From assembly GCA_028023455.1 (NCBI GenBank), contig JAQFVV010000006.1:16492001-16556000 (forward strand): a stretch of 64,000 nt of DNA, in the 5' to 3' direction. The translations under genes and the position numbers were made by a program. Positions 49,924-62,809 of this stretch are shown piece by piece (the first letter of the stretch is position 1; every line of letters starts with the position of its first letter). The stretch is from Epiperipatus broadwayi (Eukaryota; Animalia; Onychophora). The notes below the pieces were generated by a model. It saw nothing but the letters and a program-made list of their open reading frames with translations. It was not told where the DNA came from and searched no databases.

Positions 49924-52231
49924 AATACTAAATACATTTATCAGAAAATGTAGACTTTTTTATATCTTAAATTTGCTTTCGATATGAGAGCTTGAATAAA
50001 ATTTAAGTTATAAAAAAATCTACCTTTTTTGTTAAATGTAAGCGATTTAAAACAAATTGTAAAAAAAAGTTGCATAATTTTATGAATAAATTATAGGGTT
50101 TAAGTAAATAAGAATAAAAAATGTTGAATTTAATAAAATATGAGGATTCCTTTTTTTTTTTTTAAATTGAAATAAAGTAACAAAAAAATAAAATAAAAGG
50201 ATAGGGTTAAATCGGGCCTTTTTTATTTACCAGCAATAATTAGCATGAATGTCCTGAAGAAAGGCTATAAAGAGGTCCAATTCCCCACTGCTCTGCAGCA
50301 GCATTTACCAGAATATGCAATCATGGTTCAGAAACTTGACTCAAATTCATGAATATTCAATCACTTGCGGTTGTGCTCCAGACAATGGATTAACACAATG
50401 CAGTTGATAGTCAAATTTCAACATCCACTGGTGTTAAGGTTGCCATAAGCTGGCCATTGGTTGGCTGGCTGAGCCAGACACTTATTTTGTCTCACTGATG
50501 AGAATTAGTGTCTGCCTGTTGCAACACTGCACATAGAACATGATTTCTGTGGTTGGATTCTACAACCTGTATTTATTTTCAAGTTATTAAAATCAAACAA
50601 TATTATTGTAAAAATATATTATTTTACATTGACATTTTGTCAAGAAAATGCAGGAGAATGTTCACCTTTTTGATTAGTATTTTCATTGTGGCTTTAGTGG
50701 CTCCACATTATATATAAAAGTAAACACTACAATGAAAAGTGAGCATAGAGTACATACTATGTCAATACCATATCTTTGTATTACATATTTAAGTTAATAA
50801 TACATAATTAAACATCAATCATTAATTTTTGCAATTATATCACAAAAATAAATATATCTGATAAAAGGATGGTAATTAATACAAAGCAAGTTTTAAATGG
50901 AGGTGTTTTGGAATTTGAAAGATTTCTATTGCGTGTGCTTATAGGAGGGGTTATTCAGTGTTGTTTTATTATTTTTTTCCAGATTGAAATAAGATTTTAT
51001 TTAGATTGCTTGTAGCATTTGATTTTAGAACTGTACAGCTGATCAAATCAAAACTACCTGCAACATATGGACGGAGTTGAATGTTTGTTATATAGATTGG
51101 TAAATAAGTATTTCTTTCAGAATTGAACTTAATAACGTATATAAAATTTATACAGCTTTCTGATTGGGAATCCTGCTTGCATGCGCAGCACAACTATTTA
51201 TTGGTTGATGAGATATTTTCATATAAATATGTGTATTTATTTAAGTCTGAGTTTCATTCAGTTATTTGTTTAATTTTTTTTTTTTTTGAATTGTTTTAAC
51301 GATTACAATATTACTCAACTGGTAAGCTCCAAATCTTCCCAAAAAGTATTAAGAAGATTTTATTATAAAATTGGCTAAAAGATGAATAGAAGATACATTT
51401 CAATTTAAAGCCATTCTCTGAATAGCATTATAAGGTATTCTTATTGAATTACCCGAAGCAAAGTTTATAATATTTCAAGAATATATATTAACATGAAAAT
51501 TATATACTTGAGCACAATTTTTGCAGAACTGAAAATGATTTATTAAACAGCTTATCATAGACTAAACACATTTCAATTAATATCACATTTGTAAAAAAAA
51601 ATAAGTACAATAACGATATATGCTTTATTATAATTGGTTTTCATTATATATTGTTAAAATAACAAAAAGGAATCTTTCCAAGAAATTGCAAAGAAAAAAA
51701 AGATTTAAAATAATATTATTTATTAAACATTTAGTTTTATTTAATAAATATTTAACAATACTTATTAAAATGCAGAACATTTTTTTTTATACATAAAACA
51801 ACACAGATATCGCTGGTTCAATAATATTTCTGTAGTGTAATTTTCACTACATCACTCTTACACAATCTCTAGTTTAAGTGAATGACTAATAAATAAAAAT
51901 GATTAATATTGCTAGTTCAAGTTTTTATTAAATTTAGAAGTTGTTCTCTTGGTTTCCTAAAAAATATAACACATATTGATACAAGCTTGTGAATATTTAT
52001 CTGTGAAATTAATGTTCAATAATTTTGGTTGAATATTTTAAAATCATGTTTAATATTAAGATACACTAATCAATCTGTCTGCAATTATTTTTAATCTTAG
52101 TAGTGTTTAGAAACGATTTTGCATCATTTAAGCAGAATCAATAATGCAGAAAGTCTTAATACCATTTGTTCAGAACATTACCAATGGAATCATCCATATG
52201 TGCATGACAACTTTAAAACAATTGCATAGAA

Positions 52232-52720
52232 CAGGGGTGGGTCATTGTTTTGTCTCGGGGGCCACATAGGTTGGTGGTGGGCCGCATCAGGGGCCACTTT
52301 GTGGAAGCGAAGGTTAGCGGAGGGCCGCACCCTTTTCCATGACCCAATAAACACACTGCTTTATTCCCTGTATTACCAAAGAAATATTTGTTTGTCCATT
52401 TTTCATTAAACACGCGACATTCATCACCGATTTTACATTTTTTCGAGGTTTCATGGTTTCACTAAAGTTGGACATGTATATATTTGCTAATGCAAAGACA
52501 GAATTGAAACTAACCAGATCAACTGGAAAAGCACTGCATATCGTATCTACACTGCGCATGTGTATTGATGTGGCCATCCTAGTGGAAAATACAAGACAAA
52601 TCTTCAGTCATGCACGGGAAGGAAATCTTAGTTCAAGCAGATTTTTCTGATTGTCTTGGTGGTCCGCATAAAAACTCTTAGCGGGCTGCATGTGGCTTGG
52701 GCCGCTATTTACCCACCCTG
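52232..52720 (-). mobile_element. internally deleted hAT (Buster/SPIN-like) element retaining the transposase N-terminus
   Basis: TIRs caggggtgggt / acccaccctg; 8-bp TSD gcatagaa/gcttagaa; minus strand KxKIGDECRVFNEKWTNKYFF...KAVCLL matches the GTF2IRD2/SPIN-type transposase start. Confidence 0.85.
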
Positions 52721-54059
52721 GCTTAGAATATACTACAAATGAAATTTTCTGTAAATATATAACATCTTTAAAAACATTTATTTGATTTTATCCCAAATTA
52801 TAGAAGGAAAAGCATTCAACATTAGCATTTTTTATTTATTTTCAAATTTTAAATCAAGTCATCAACATTGATTGTGCTAACATTTACGAGCTTATCTCGA
52901 TATTAAATATCAGTGTGATGCTAAAAGCTCTTATTTTGCAATAAGTTTGCTATTATTTTAATGTGGAAATTGTTTTTCTTAATAGTAATTAATGATAAAT
53001 GTTTTAGAAGCATTTCTCTTCGATATTTTTAATGAACTCCATTGCTGGCAGTTTCTGCTTATTAATGATAAATATAAAGATTAATGTGTACTTCTTTAAT
53101 CTATAAAATTGGTGTTTGTTGTTTTTGTTAATATATAAATAACCCTTACTGAATGATAAACAATTGTATTACCAGTGCAATGATGTCTATCTAATAATCT
53201 TGATTTCAAAGTTATTTCAGTTATTGAGATTAATAATTCATTTGTACATTTTTCACTGATTGCTGTCTGATTTAGTGCAGGCTTAATGATAGACTCAAGA
53301 GCTTAATTAAAAGTTCCTGACTCAATTCTCAACATGCCCCTTAGGAGTTTAAATATTGTACAGTTTTCTGAGCAAAATTATTATCTTAAACTTCTCTGTT
53401 TAAACTAGCCATATGTTTTTGGAAAGTTACTTTTAATGTCTACTGGGTGTATATCTTATGCAAAATTATTTTTTATATAATTAAAAAATAATTTACTGAA
53501 ATATATTTATTTTTTAAAACTTAATAAAATATTGCAAATTTACCATCAATTTAGTTATAAATCCTCTCAATCCTCTCTCCAATTAATTTTTTTTTAAAGT
53601 AGGAAAAAACAACCGATTAAAAGGCAAAATAGAAATATAGTGCTCATTCTAGTTAGGCTTTTTAATTTACAATATTTACTGAACAATTTTTATTTTTTTT
53701 TATTTTTATATGTGAGTATATTGTATCCTCTTATTTATTTAATGTTCTTTGATTAATAATTTTATGATTACATTAAAAAATCTCAGTTTATTAATTAATA
53801 AATTACTATTTGTATTGCAATAATTAAGTTTGAAGGTCAAGAAAACTTAAGAAGTTATAGACTTTAGCCAGATTAAAAAAAACAGGATTTTATTGGATTT
53901 TCTCAAAAGAAGAAAATAAAGATTATATTCATAAATTAGTAGTTAACTGTGTGGTCAGATTATTAATACAGATGGAAACATATAGGTTAATTTAGTCATA
54001 TGATTAAATTTGAAGGAAGTACTTTTAAATGTTTTACTAGTTCTTATTTGTGGATCTGA

Positions 54060-54450
54060 GCATTGAACACCTAACAGAAGAGCAGCACAGAGACTTCAGG
54101 TTACTCAGTGAAGTATGGAGAAATGTATATTATGATTAACAAGAAGGAATCTAAAAATATATAGGTAAAAGGACAAACAGGTATTACTGCCATCATTGAA
54201 AGAATTACAACTCAAATGGAACTGGACTGGACAGATTGCTAGAAAAAATAATATATATATAGTTGAAGTATTAAACTGGAGACCAAAGGATTATAAAAGA
54301 TCTAGAAAGAGGACCACATATGAGATGGATGGATGTAACAGGGAAGTTTGTTGGTGCAATGTGGAAAAGTGGCTAGAAATCAGAGAAATTGAATTAAACT
54401 TGGATGGATCTTCATCCTATAGTAGATTGTTAATGGTTAAAAATGATGAT
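54060..54450 (+). pseudogene. RTE-clade LINE 3' fragment
   Basis: LKWNWTGQIARK...VEVLNWRPKDYKRSR; 3' UTR similar to 38858-39030, ending atgatgat. Confidence 0.8.
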
Positions 54451-56910
54451 TTGTGTTGAAAAAGTTGATATTTAAATAACGTCTTAGCAAAGTCATATTT
54501 ATTTTTATAATAAATTTATGTTTTATATTATTAATTGATGTTGTATTATGAATGATTAGTGGAGAACGGATCAAATTATTACTTTTTAAATCATTGACTA
54601 TATATATACACACAAACATATATATTTAACTAGTTATATGATATCCATTTTAAAATCTGTATTTTTGCAACCACAAACAAATATTAAATTTCATATTATT
54701 TTATTACTATTTTTTTTTTTGTAATATATTAAATTTAAAGCTTATTTACTTTATTAAATCTGGGAAGTTTTTCCTCCATAAATGTACTTCATTTGAAACG
54801 AATAGCTATATTTGAATTCCGATTGTTAATTTTGCCCAAACAATGAAGTTTTGTTAAAATTTACCCTGAAGATTAAGCTTAATTAAGACAAGCTTAAAAT
54901 GTTAGTTTAATTTTTTATATATGTAACTTTCACTTTGGAAAGGGGAAATTTAAAATATTTTCAATAATAATTATATTTATTAAAGATATTATACAAATAT
55001 ATATTTTTTTCATTAATAAAAACATTACTGAAATAAATGAAAATATATATTTACAAGAAAAAATAAGTTTTCAAATTAAATTATTTTTTTTTTTTGTCAA
55101 ACATTTTATTTCTAATAGCTAAATTTGTGTTTCTACAAATAAATTCTGCTAAAGTTTTTGCCAACCTTCAGTAACTTTTACCATAAATGTTACACTTAAC
55201 AAAGTTTTAATTTGTGGTAGCCAAAACCTGTTTTGGCAAAACATGGCAAAAGTTTCTTTCAGAGCAAAGTATAAATTATTTTCATCTAGGGGGAAGAGAC
55301 TTATGTGTTTTGGAGATGTCTTCTTATCTTATAAGTTTAGTCAAATGCATTTTATAGATTGGAAACTTGAATTTAACAAAAAGAAAGTATCTTATCAAAG
55401 GTGATTAATAAAATTGGTAGATTTAATGTCAAATCCACAAATTTTGCAAGAAAAGAGTTTGAAAATGAATGTTGTGATAGCTGTCAGATGGAAGTGATTT
55501 GTTTTAGTTGGGCCATGATTTGTATGATGATAATTCTTTTATGGGTGTTTTTGAAGAGAGTAGAACAATAGGAAAGAAATGCAAGAGGAAAGAATTTTTA
55601 TGTGATGCAGATGCTTATATGGAACTCAAAAAAAGCAGATTGACAGTGATTTTTCCAGAATCAGAAAGGTCTCACTGGTAGTTATGAAATTATATTTCTA
55701 GACATAAATTCTATAAAAGAAAATTATATAGTAATACTATTAGTATTTTTTTTTAAATTTATAAATTGTTATTATCACATTGTAAGATTATATACTGTGA
55801 CACTCTGGTTACATACTCTTTAATATCATTTATTGATATTACCAAATTTAAATTATTTTTTCTTGTGGAGATAACAGATTGACACATGTATATATTATAT
55901 GAGAGTGAACAAATTTTAGCTAAAGAATATTTAGTTTGTGAAATGTAATGTAACCCCTCTCCCCCAATTTTATGTACATGATTAAAATTATACTTTATTT
56001 TTTTAATTTTTACTTTAAGTGTAAAAAAGCACACACAAGAAAAAGAGTTTTTTTTTATTTATTGCAAAAAGAAATTTGAAAAACATAATATATTATCATC
56101 TTCTTTGTTATTCGTTAATTAAGTTTCATTCTTTTTAATTTAAAAATATTTCTATTTTTAAAGGTCAATTTCAAAACATATTTTTATGTTTGTTAAATAG
56201 AAAATATGTTAAATTAATTAGTTATTTGCTAACTTTGTTAAGAATAGATAAAGAATTATATCAAATGTGTTGTTTTTTAACAACAAACATGCAATCTTTT
56301 GCTTATTGATTTGTTTTCTAATGATTCAAATGAAACGAATTTTTAAGGCAGCTGTTTTAAGAGAGCTCTTAACAGAATTAACAGAGTTTGTGTTAGCCAG
56401 TAGTATGCATGCTATATATAGCCTTTAAGTCTAATGGACTCATTATAGTAAAGATGACTAGCTAAAAACTTGAATTTTCTGCCAAAAAAGAAATCATTAC
56501 AATTTTAATTAATCTTTTAAGAAAAGCTATTAAGGAATGGAGTTTTTAAATTTCAGGCATAGGATAAACTTCAAAAGTGAAAATTTCAAAGCCTACAGGA
56601 TTTACCTGTACTGTTATCAGCAAATCTGAGATGAATTTATTAAGAAAAATAATCAATTAAAACAAAGTTGAAACATTTAATTATAATAAAAATCTAAAAT
56701 AAAAATAAGAAATCTTTCTTAAGTACATATAAAATAACTCTTTAAGTAATAAAAAAACAACAACACTTTTATTGTTTGGCTGAAGGATTGTGGTGATAAT
56801 ATTTTAGATGTGTTGTTAATATGTTGGATTATTTCCATCATCTATCAGTAAATGTTGAATGTCTAGAAAATTTTAAACTTTTCCAAATACAAACAACTAT
56901 TAGTAATAAC

Positions 56911-57376
56911 TAAAGAGCATGCAAGCTCTAACAAGCTTTATTTATAGATAAATGCCACTAAGCAAAAGCATTTAAAAAATATCTAGAAATAATCCCTAGT
57001 CTCAGATCGGTTTCATGCTTTTGGCATTCCTCAGTGAGGCACTACGATATTACAGACACCAGATCCAAAATGCCATGGGTGTAACTTTTAAGTAGACAAT
57101 TTGTGATTTTCAGACACCTAGATGTCTTCAAATCCAGCTATTCAATTTAAATAGCTTTATGGGGCAAAGAATTCTTTAGCCATATCATATATTAATAGTC
57201 TTAGCAATATAATATCACTTAAGACTTAAAAGCAAAAGCTATTTTAGTAGCTAAATATGTCATATATCACGTGACTTAATTTATTAAGCTTGTAATTGTG
57301 AAAACTAAAGAGCATGCAAACTCTAACAAGCTTTATAGATAAATGCCACCAAGAGAAAGCATTTAAAAAATCTCTT
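56911..57376 (-). mobile_element. retrozyme-like unit: ~395-nt monomer with ~70-bp terminal redundancy, one HHR and a 15-bp TSD
   Basis: TSD actattagtaataac (56896-56910 / 57377-57391); direct repeats taaagagcatgca...gcatttaaaaaat at 56911-56984 and 57306-57375. Confidence 0.75.
57001..57038 (-). ncRNA. minimal type-I hammerhead ribozyme motif, core intact
   Basis: Minus strand CTCA CTGAGGA ATGC CAAAA GCAT GAAA CCGA TC TGAG: perfect stems I and II; stem III one change from palindrome ACCGGT. Confidence 0.75.
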
Positions 57377-57819
57377 ACTATTAGTAATAACATACAAGTT
57401 AATAGATCACATAAGTTAGTAGATTACATGTTTCAAGTAGTATTATTCTCTGTTCTTCTTCAATTGTTGCCTGACCAGTGACAATGCTAGTGTATGAGTC
57501 AAGCTTACAACTTTTATTGTTTGGTTTAATTTTTGATTATTATTATTAATGTTAAATATTAAATAAAATGTGTTTACTATTTCTGAAATATGTATACATT
57601 TGTAAAATTTTAATTAATTCTATCAATTAATTTATGTGGCTAATCTCTATAATTAAAATAGGTCAACAAATTTATCATTAAAATTATTTTTTAATACAAC
57701 TAAAAGAACAAAAAGAAAAAAATTGTAAAAGTTACATATTTATTTAAAGAAATAAAAAAACATACTTTTCATGTAAGCAAAATTGCTGTGAAAACATGGC
57801 TTCTACTTTTTCGGAGCAT

Positions 57820-58230
57820 GTGATGATGTGATGTGATGCACTGTGAGTTCTTATACAGAGTCAGGAATCTCTCAGCAACTATGTCCAGAGAAACCTGTTA
57901 ACCACTTTACCTTCCTTTTCTATTCCCCACCCTAAGTTTTCCTATATTCTGCTCCATCCCATTTCCACAACATAATCTTTGTCAACTCCATGACTTGTAT
58001 ATCTAAATCCCTCTTATCTTTTCCCAAACCTGAGCATGAAAATCAATAACCCACTTTCTGTATAATCATTTTGTTTATATTATTCTTCCACACCTTTATT
58101 ATTTGTATCCTTTCTATTCTCAGGCATTTACATTCAATCAACAGATGCCTAATAATTTCTATATCTTCCTTACACAACTTGCAGGCTGAATCACCCTTGT
58201 TTTTCGATTTACATGTATAATCTCCTAATA
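57820..58230 (-). mobile_element. non-LTR retrotransposon 3' end with C-terminal CCHC zinc knuckle and (CATCA)n tail
   Basis: Minus strand SACKLCKEDIEIIRHLLIECKCLR (about 58110-58190); tgatgatgtgatgtgatg tail on the + strand. Confidence 0.7.
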
Positions 58231-59163
58231 ATTAAATACTATTGATAAGAAAATATTTTCATTACTTAAACATATTCTTAAATTCTATATTCTCAGTTTA
58301 ATATTGTTTATATATATATTTACTACAATTAATTAAAATATGAATCAGCATTTATATAAAATGAGAGGTTTCACTGAGTTTTTTAAATCTGGATGTGAAA
58401 AATGTCTTCAGTAGTTTCACATTTTAGTTTAATGAAATGTCTAGGATTTCTGATGCCTGAATATATATATATTAAGATGTGTAAGTGCTTTTGCTGGTTT
58501 ACTATACTTGTATGTATGCATATATCTACATGGTGCCTTTTTTTTTTGTATATTCCATTATATTTTTAGTGGCCTGAGATAAAGTTACATGCTTATATAT
58601 CCTGTATTTTGTTAAATATTTGTACCCACATATAGTTTTTTGTAGGTAGATTAGACAGTTCTGTCTACAGAAGTGTATTTTCTTACAATAGTTATGTACT
58701 AAATGATCACATGATCACCATGTTCTTTGCTTACACAAGCTGTTATTGGCAATGACCAACTTTACATTAGTGTCTTCTAGTATAAGCCTTAATAATGAAT
58801 GGATGTATATGTGTTGGTATAATTGAATGATTGCAATACTAATTTTTTAAGCTTGGAAAAGGAAATAGAATACTTAGATTTGATTTGAACATTGTATTAA
58901 AGACTTTAGTTATATATAAAGTGGCAAACTTTGCATTCAATATTTGTATATATATACATATTTTATAGTTAGGTAGTTAGAAGGAAATGATATGAAGAAA
59001 CAAACTGAATTAAAAACTTAAACTTAGTAATTTGTAATAAAATATTGTGTCTATTTTGTAAATAAACCCGTTAGAATAGTCTTTTTCTTGCTATATCTCT
59101 ATTATTCTAAAAGACAGTCAAAGATCAACAATAAATCATCTTTCAAAAGACAACTTTCCACCT

Positions 59164-60852
59164 TTGACAGCTGATACAAAAGGTAACCCCCTTAAGCAAA
59201 CTAGTCAAGTTTGGGACAGTCAAATTCAAAATGAAAATAATACAGTGTCCATGTCATATGCTGAAACCATAAAGATGAATATAAACAAGCATAATAATAA
59301 TGATTTTCATTTGCAAAATGGTTTTCAGGGAAGAGAGGAAACAGATAGATACATAAGATCTTTGCAGTGGATGCACTTGGATGAAGACAATAACACGGAT
59401 GAGGTGATATCAGAGATTGATGACCTTGAAGAGGAAATTAGAAATAATCCCTCTATATATTCTACAATCTCTGATAAATTTAATCAGACTATTCCAGCAG
59501 TCCTGATGAGGGTATTCGAGGCATATATAACATGATAGTACCTTGATCATGATGATCACAGACAATCATTTAAATCTATTTAAATTTCCTGTACAAGAAC
59601 TATATGCTCTAATTAAACAACAGGGACTTGAACAAACAATATACAAAATTCTATTTCATGCGAACAATAGATATCTCGTGCAATTTAACGATTCTTTCAT
59701 GAAATAAGCATTTAAAAATAAATTCAAGACCATAGCAAATAAACTTTTGATCTACATAGATTTGAATAGACCTGCATGTGTTGATGGTTTGAATCGAAAT
59801 TGTGGTGTGAATTTTGGTCCTGCAGACCTGCAAAAAATTCTAAGCCAAGTCTACAATTTCAGTCAGTCAATTTTCAGGGTACACACTACTTAACAAATGC
59901 AGCCAATTTTAAATTAATATTAAAGAAAGGAATATCTCTTTTGCTAATTTCCTCTTCGATTGAGTACCAAGAGGCTTCATTAATCATCTTGCTGAAAGGT
60001 GTAGCCCCTCAGTGGTTTTCTTGCAAGCATAGAGGGCATCTAAGGAGGTAATGCCCAGACAGAAAATGTAACTTACGTGGAGCTATAATGAAAAGATTTC
60101 ATAAATGTCAAACCAGAAGCTATAATAACCTAAGATCATGGCCTGGTGTAGATACAAGAGAAAAACAGAAAAGAAATAAACTTAAAACAATAAATAAGGA
60201 GGAGATATTGAATGAGACTCAGAACTTGGAACAAGGTGTTTCATCACAATCTGATACTCTCAAAAAATAGTCTTTAAATGAAGACATTGCATCATCCATG
60301 GGAGAGCCTAGTCCATGGTATTTAGAAACAGTCTTTAAATGAAGACATTGCATCATCCATGGGAGAGCCTAGTCCATGGTATGTAGAGACCTCAGCACAA
60401 GAGGAGAAAGAAACACAAAATGAAAGAAGAGTGCAGCATAGAAGGAAAAAAGGCCAAGAACAAAAGCTTCAGTCTCTCCTCAATCAAGAGTAAATTCGGA
60501 CTGTGAAAGTGTACACACAGTGAATTTATTGGATTTATCAGATCAAGAAATAGACTCATCACCTCAATTAATTAGGAAAACAAGATTAAATTCCTCTCTA
60601 AATGATCCACTGATGGAGCCCATTCCAGATGAATTTATCAATGACAACCTTGAAACCATTGTCGCATATAGTGACAAAGAGAATTTAGAAGTTAAAAATG
60701 AAACAATTAAATCTCCCAAAATTAATGATCAAGAAGTAACACTACAGTTGCCAAAACTTGCTATAAAGCTAAATGAGCACTATCAAAATAAGAATGAAAC
60801 CGATGAAGGGCTAGAAGCATGCTCTGATTTTTTTAATCCAACTGCGAGATGA
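59164..60852 (+). pseudogene. L1/Tx1-like ORF1 remnant
   Basis: Interrupted frames with SYAETIK, a broken gag knuckle QWFSCKHRGHLRR*CP (60010-60057) and an acidic/serine-rich C-terminus ending at the TGA that overlaps the ORF2 ATG. Confidence 0.7.
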
Positions 60853-61620
60853 TTAAAATTGCCTCAATGAATATTAGGAGCCTGAATTCACGGGCAAGGG
60901 CCTTTGCTTTGGAGCGATGGTTCCGCGTTCGTAGCCCTGATATATTACGTCTTGGGGAGACAAAGATACATAACAAAACTGATCAACACATTATTAGTAA
61001 AATAAATACCTTTGGGTTTTTTCATTATTCCTATTCAAATATGGCTGCAGGAGGGGTTGCAATTGTAATAAACAAAAACTCCCCTCTCACCTTTTTTAAA
61101 ATCATCAAAATTGACAATAATTGCTTGATTGCAATTATCAAATTTAAGAATTATACTTTTAACCTAATTAACCTTTATCCTCCTAGAAAACCTGAAATCA
61201 TACACAAAATCATACAGAATATAAACATAGCATTGAGGACTAATCCCCTTCCCACTTTAATTATTGGGGATTATAACTTAACATATGATAATTTTCAAGA
61301 TAGATATGGACGATTGATAAATCGGAAATTGATGAGCTGTCAATCACTTTCCAGATGGGGCCTTCTCCTTCTATAATAAGAAGGCAAAAACACTGATTGA
61401 TTTGTTATTTGTCTCCCCAGAAATTTTTAAAACCCTGAAGGCGCAACTGCGACCAATTATGTTTTCAGACCTCTTTTCTAGGCAAAAACACTGATTGATT
61501 TGTTATTTAAATCCCCAGAAATTTTTTAAACCCTGAAGGTGCAACTGTGACCAATTACGTTTTCAGACCTCTTTTCAATTGAATGTGATTTTCAGTTCAA
61601 TAACTCTAATACTCAGCATA
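60849..61620 (+). pseudogene. L1/Tx1-like ORF2 apurinic-like endonuclease, frameshifted; RT absent
   Basis: MIKIASMNIRSLN, DILRLGETK, GGVAIV, INLYPP, IIGDYN, IDLLF, FSDL motifs of the APE/EEP domain; similarity ends with no RT. Confidence 0.9.
61382..61576. repeat. 98-bp tandem duplication inside the endonuclease; a second duplication (61-bp period) at 60269-60382
   Basis: aggcaaaaacactgattgatttgttattt...ttcagacctcttttc occurs at 61382 and 61480. Confidence 0.9.
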
Positions 61621-61954
61621 GGAAGGAGCTCCCCAGAACTATAAGAATGTTAACTTGAACAAATATCAGCATTCGATTAGTATCTAAGACATATATATTG
61701 TTCAAAGAAGTCAATTTGAATAATCTTCATCCATATCATGCATGGATGCAATTTACTGAAATACTTTGCTACATTGATTACTAAATGCACTTCAAAAGCC
61801 CGGGGCCCTATTAGGCTATTATCCGAATTAGATAAGATTGCAACAACACTAATGAACTTGTCCAGTGAGGCACAGTGAAACAGATATTACTGTCCTTTTA
61901 TCTGTTTCACCTTTATGTCTCCTTAGACACATCTATGCCGGTTTTGAACACTCT

Positions 61955-62110
61955 TTAGTACGTGTGTATGTATCCACTCAGTGGTATATGCCTTTACACA
62001 GCTGTATATATATATGTTTACACAGTTGTATATGTGTCCACACAGCGATATATTCATTTACACAGTTATATATGTAATCACAGTTTTATATGTATTCAAA
62101 CAATTGTATG
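61955..62110. repeat. degenerate ~20-28-bp minisatellite (acacag-tatatat)
   Basis: Repeated acacagYtgtatatat motifs. Confidence 0.75.
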
Positions 62111-62305
62111 TTTATTGTCACACATACAAGCACCTGTAAATGATAATGATATTAATTTTTGTATGGATATATTGCAGCATTTATATAAATAATATATTGT
62201 ATAAGGGTTATTTTGTTTAGAAAATGTGGCTAAATATTCTTTAACAAGTTTGGTTTAGGTAAATTATAAATCACATGCGAAATTCACAGATTGGTAATAA
62301 GACTA

Positions 62306-62805
62306 TTTAGAATAATTCGCAGGTGAGATCAGATGGTCCCTAGGTTATTGACATTGTTTTAGAGCTCATTCATTACGATTGTAATGAATTTCTTTTCCCA
62401 GATCAAACCAGTAAAAATTTGGCAATAAGATAAGAAAAAAAGAGATTGGAATCAAAAGAGACAGACTGCTGTAAAACTTAGAAGAAGTTTGAATTGTATT
62501 TTAAAATAGATAGTCGCTGGCTTTTGATCTGGGGAATATAAATATCGCAGATTTTTATTTAGAATAATTCGCAGGTGGGATCAGATGGTCCCTAGGTTAT
62601 TGACATTGTTCTAGAGCTCATTCATTATGATTGTAATGAATTTCCTTTCCCAGATCAAACCAGTAAAAGTTTGGGCAACAAGATAAGAGAAAGATAAGAA
62701 TCAAAAGAGACCGCAGGCTGTAAAACTTAGAAGAAGTTTGAATTGTGTTTTAAAATAGATAGTCGCTGGCTTTTGATCTAGGGAATATAAATATTGCGGA
62801 TTTTT
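62306..62805. repeat. 252-bp tandem duplication (2 copies)
   Basis: tttagaataattcgcaggtg...gggaatataaatat at 62306 and 62558; each unit has an internal inverted pair ttcccagatcaaa / ttttgatctggggaa. Confidence 0.9.
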
Positions 62806-62809
62806 TTTT

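Noticed and set aside
50470-50520. CTGATGA preceded by a hairpin as a type-III hammerhead
   Set aside because: No stem II or GAAA follows, and the spacing is wrong.
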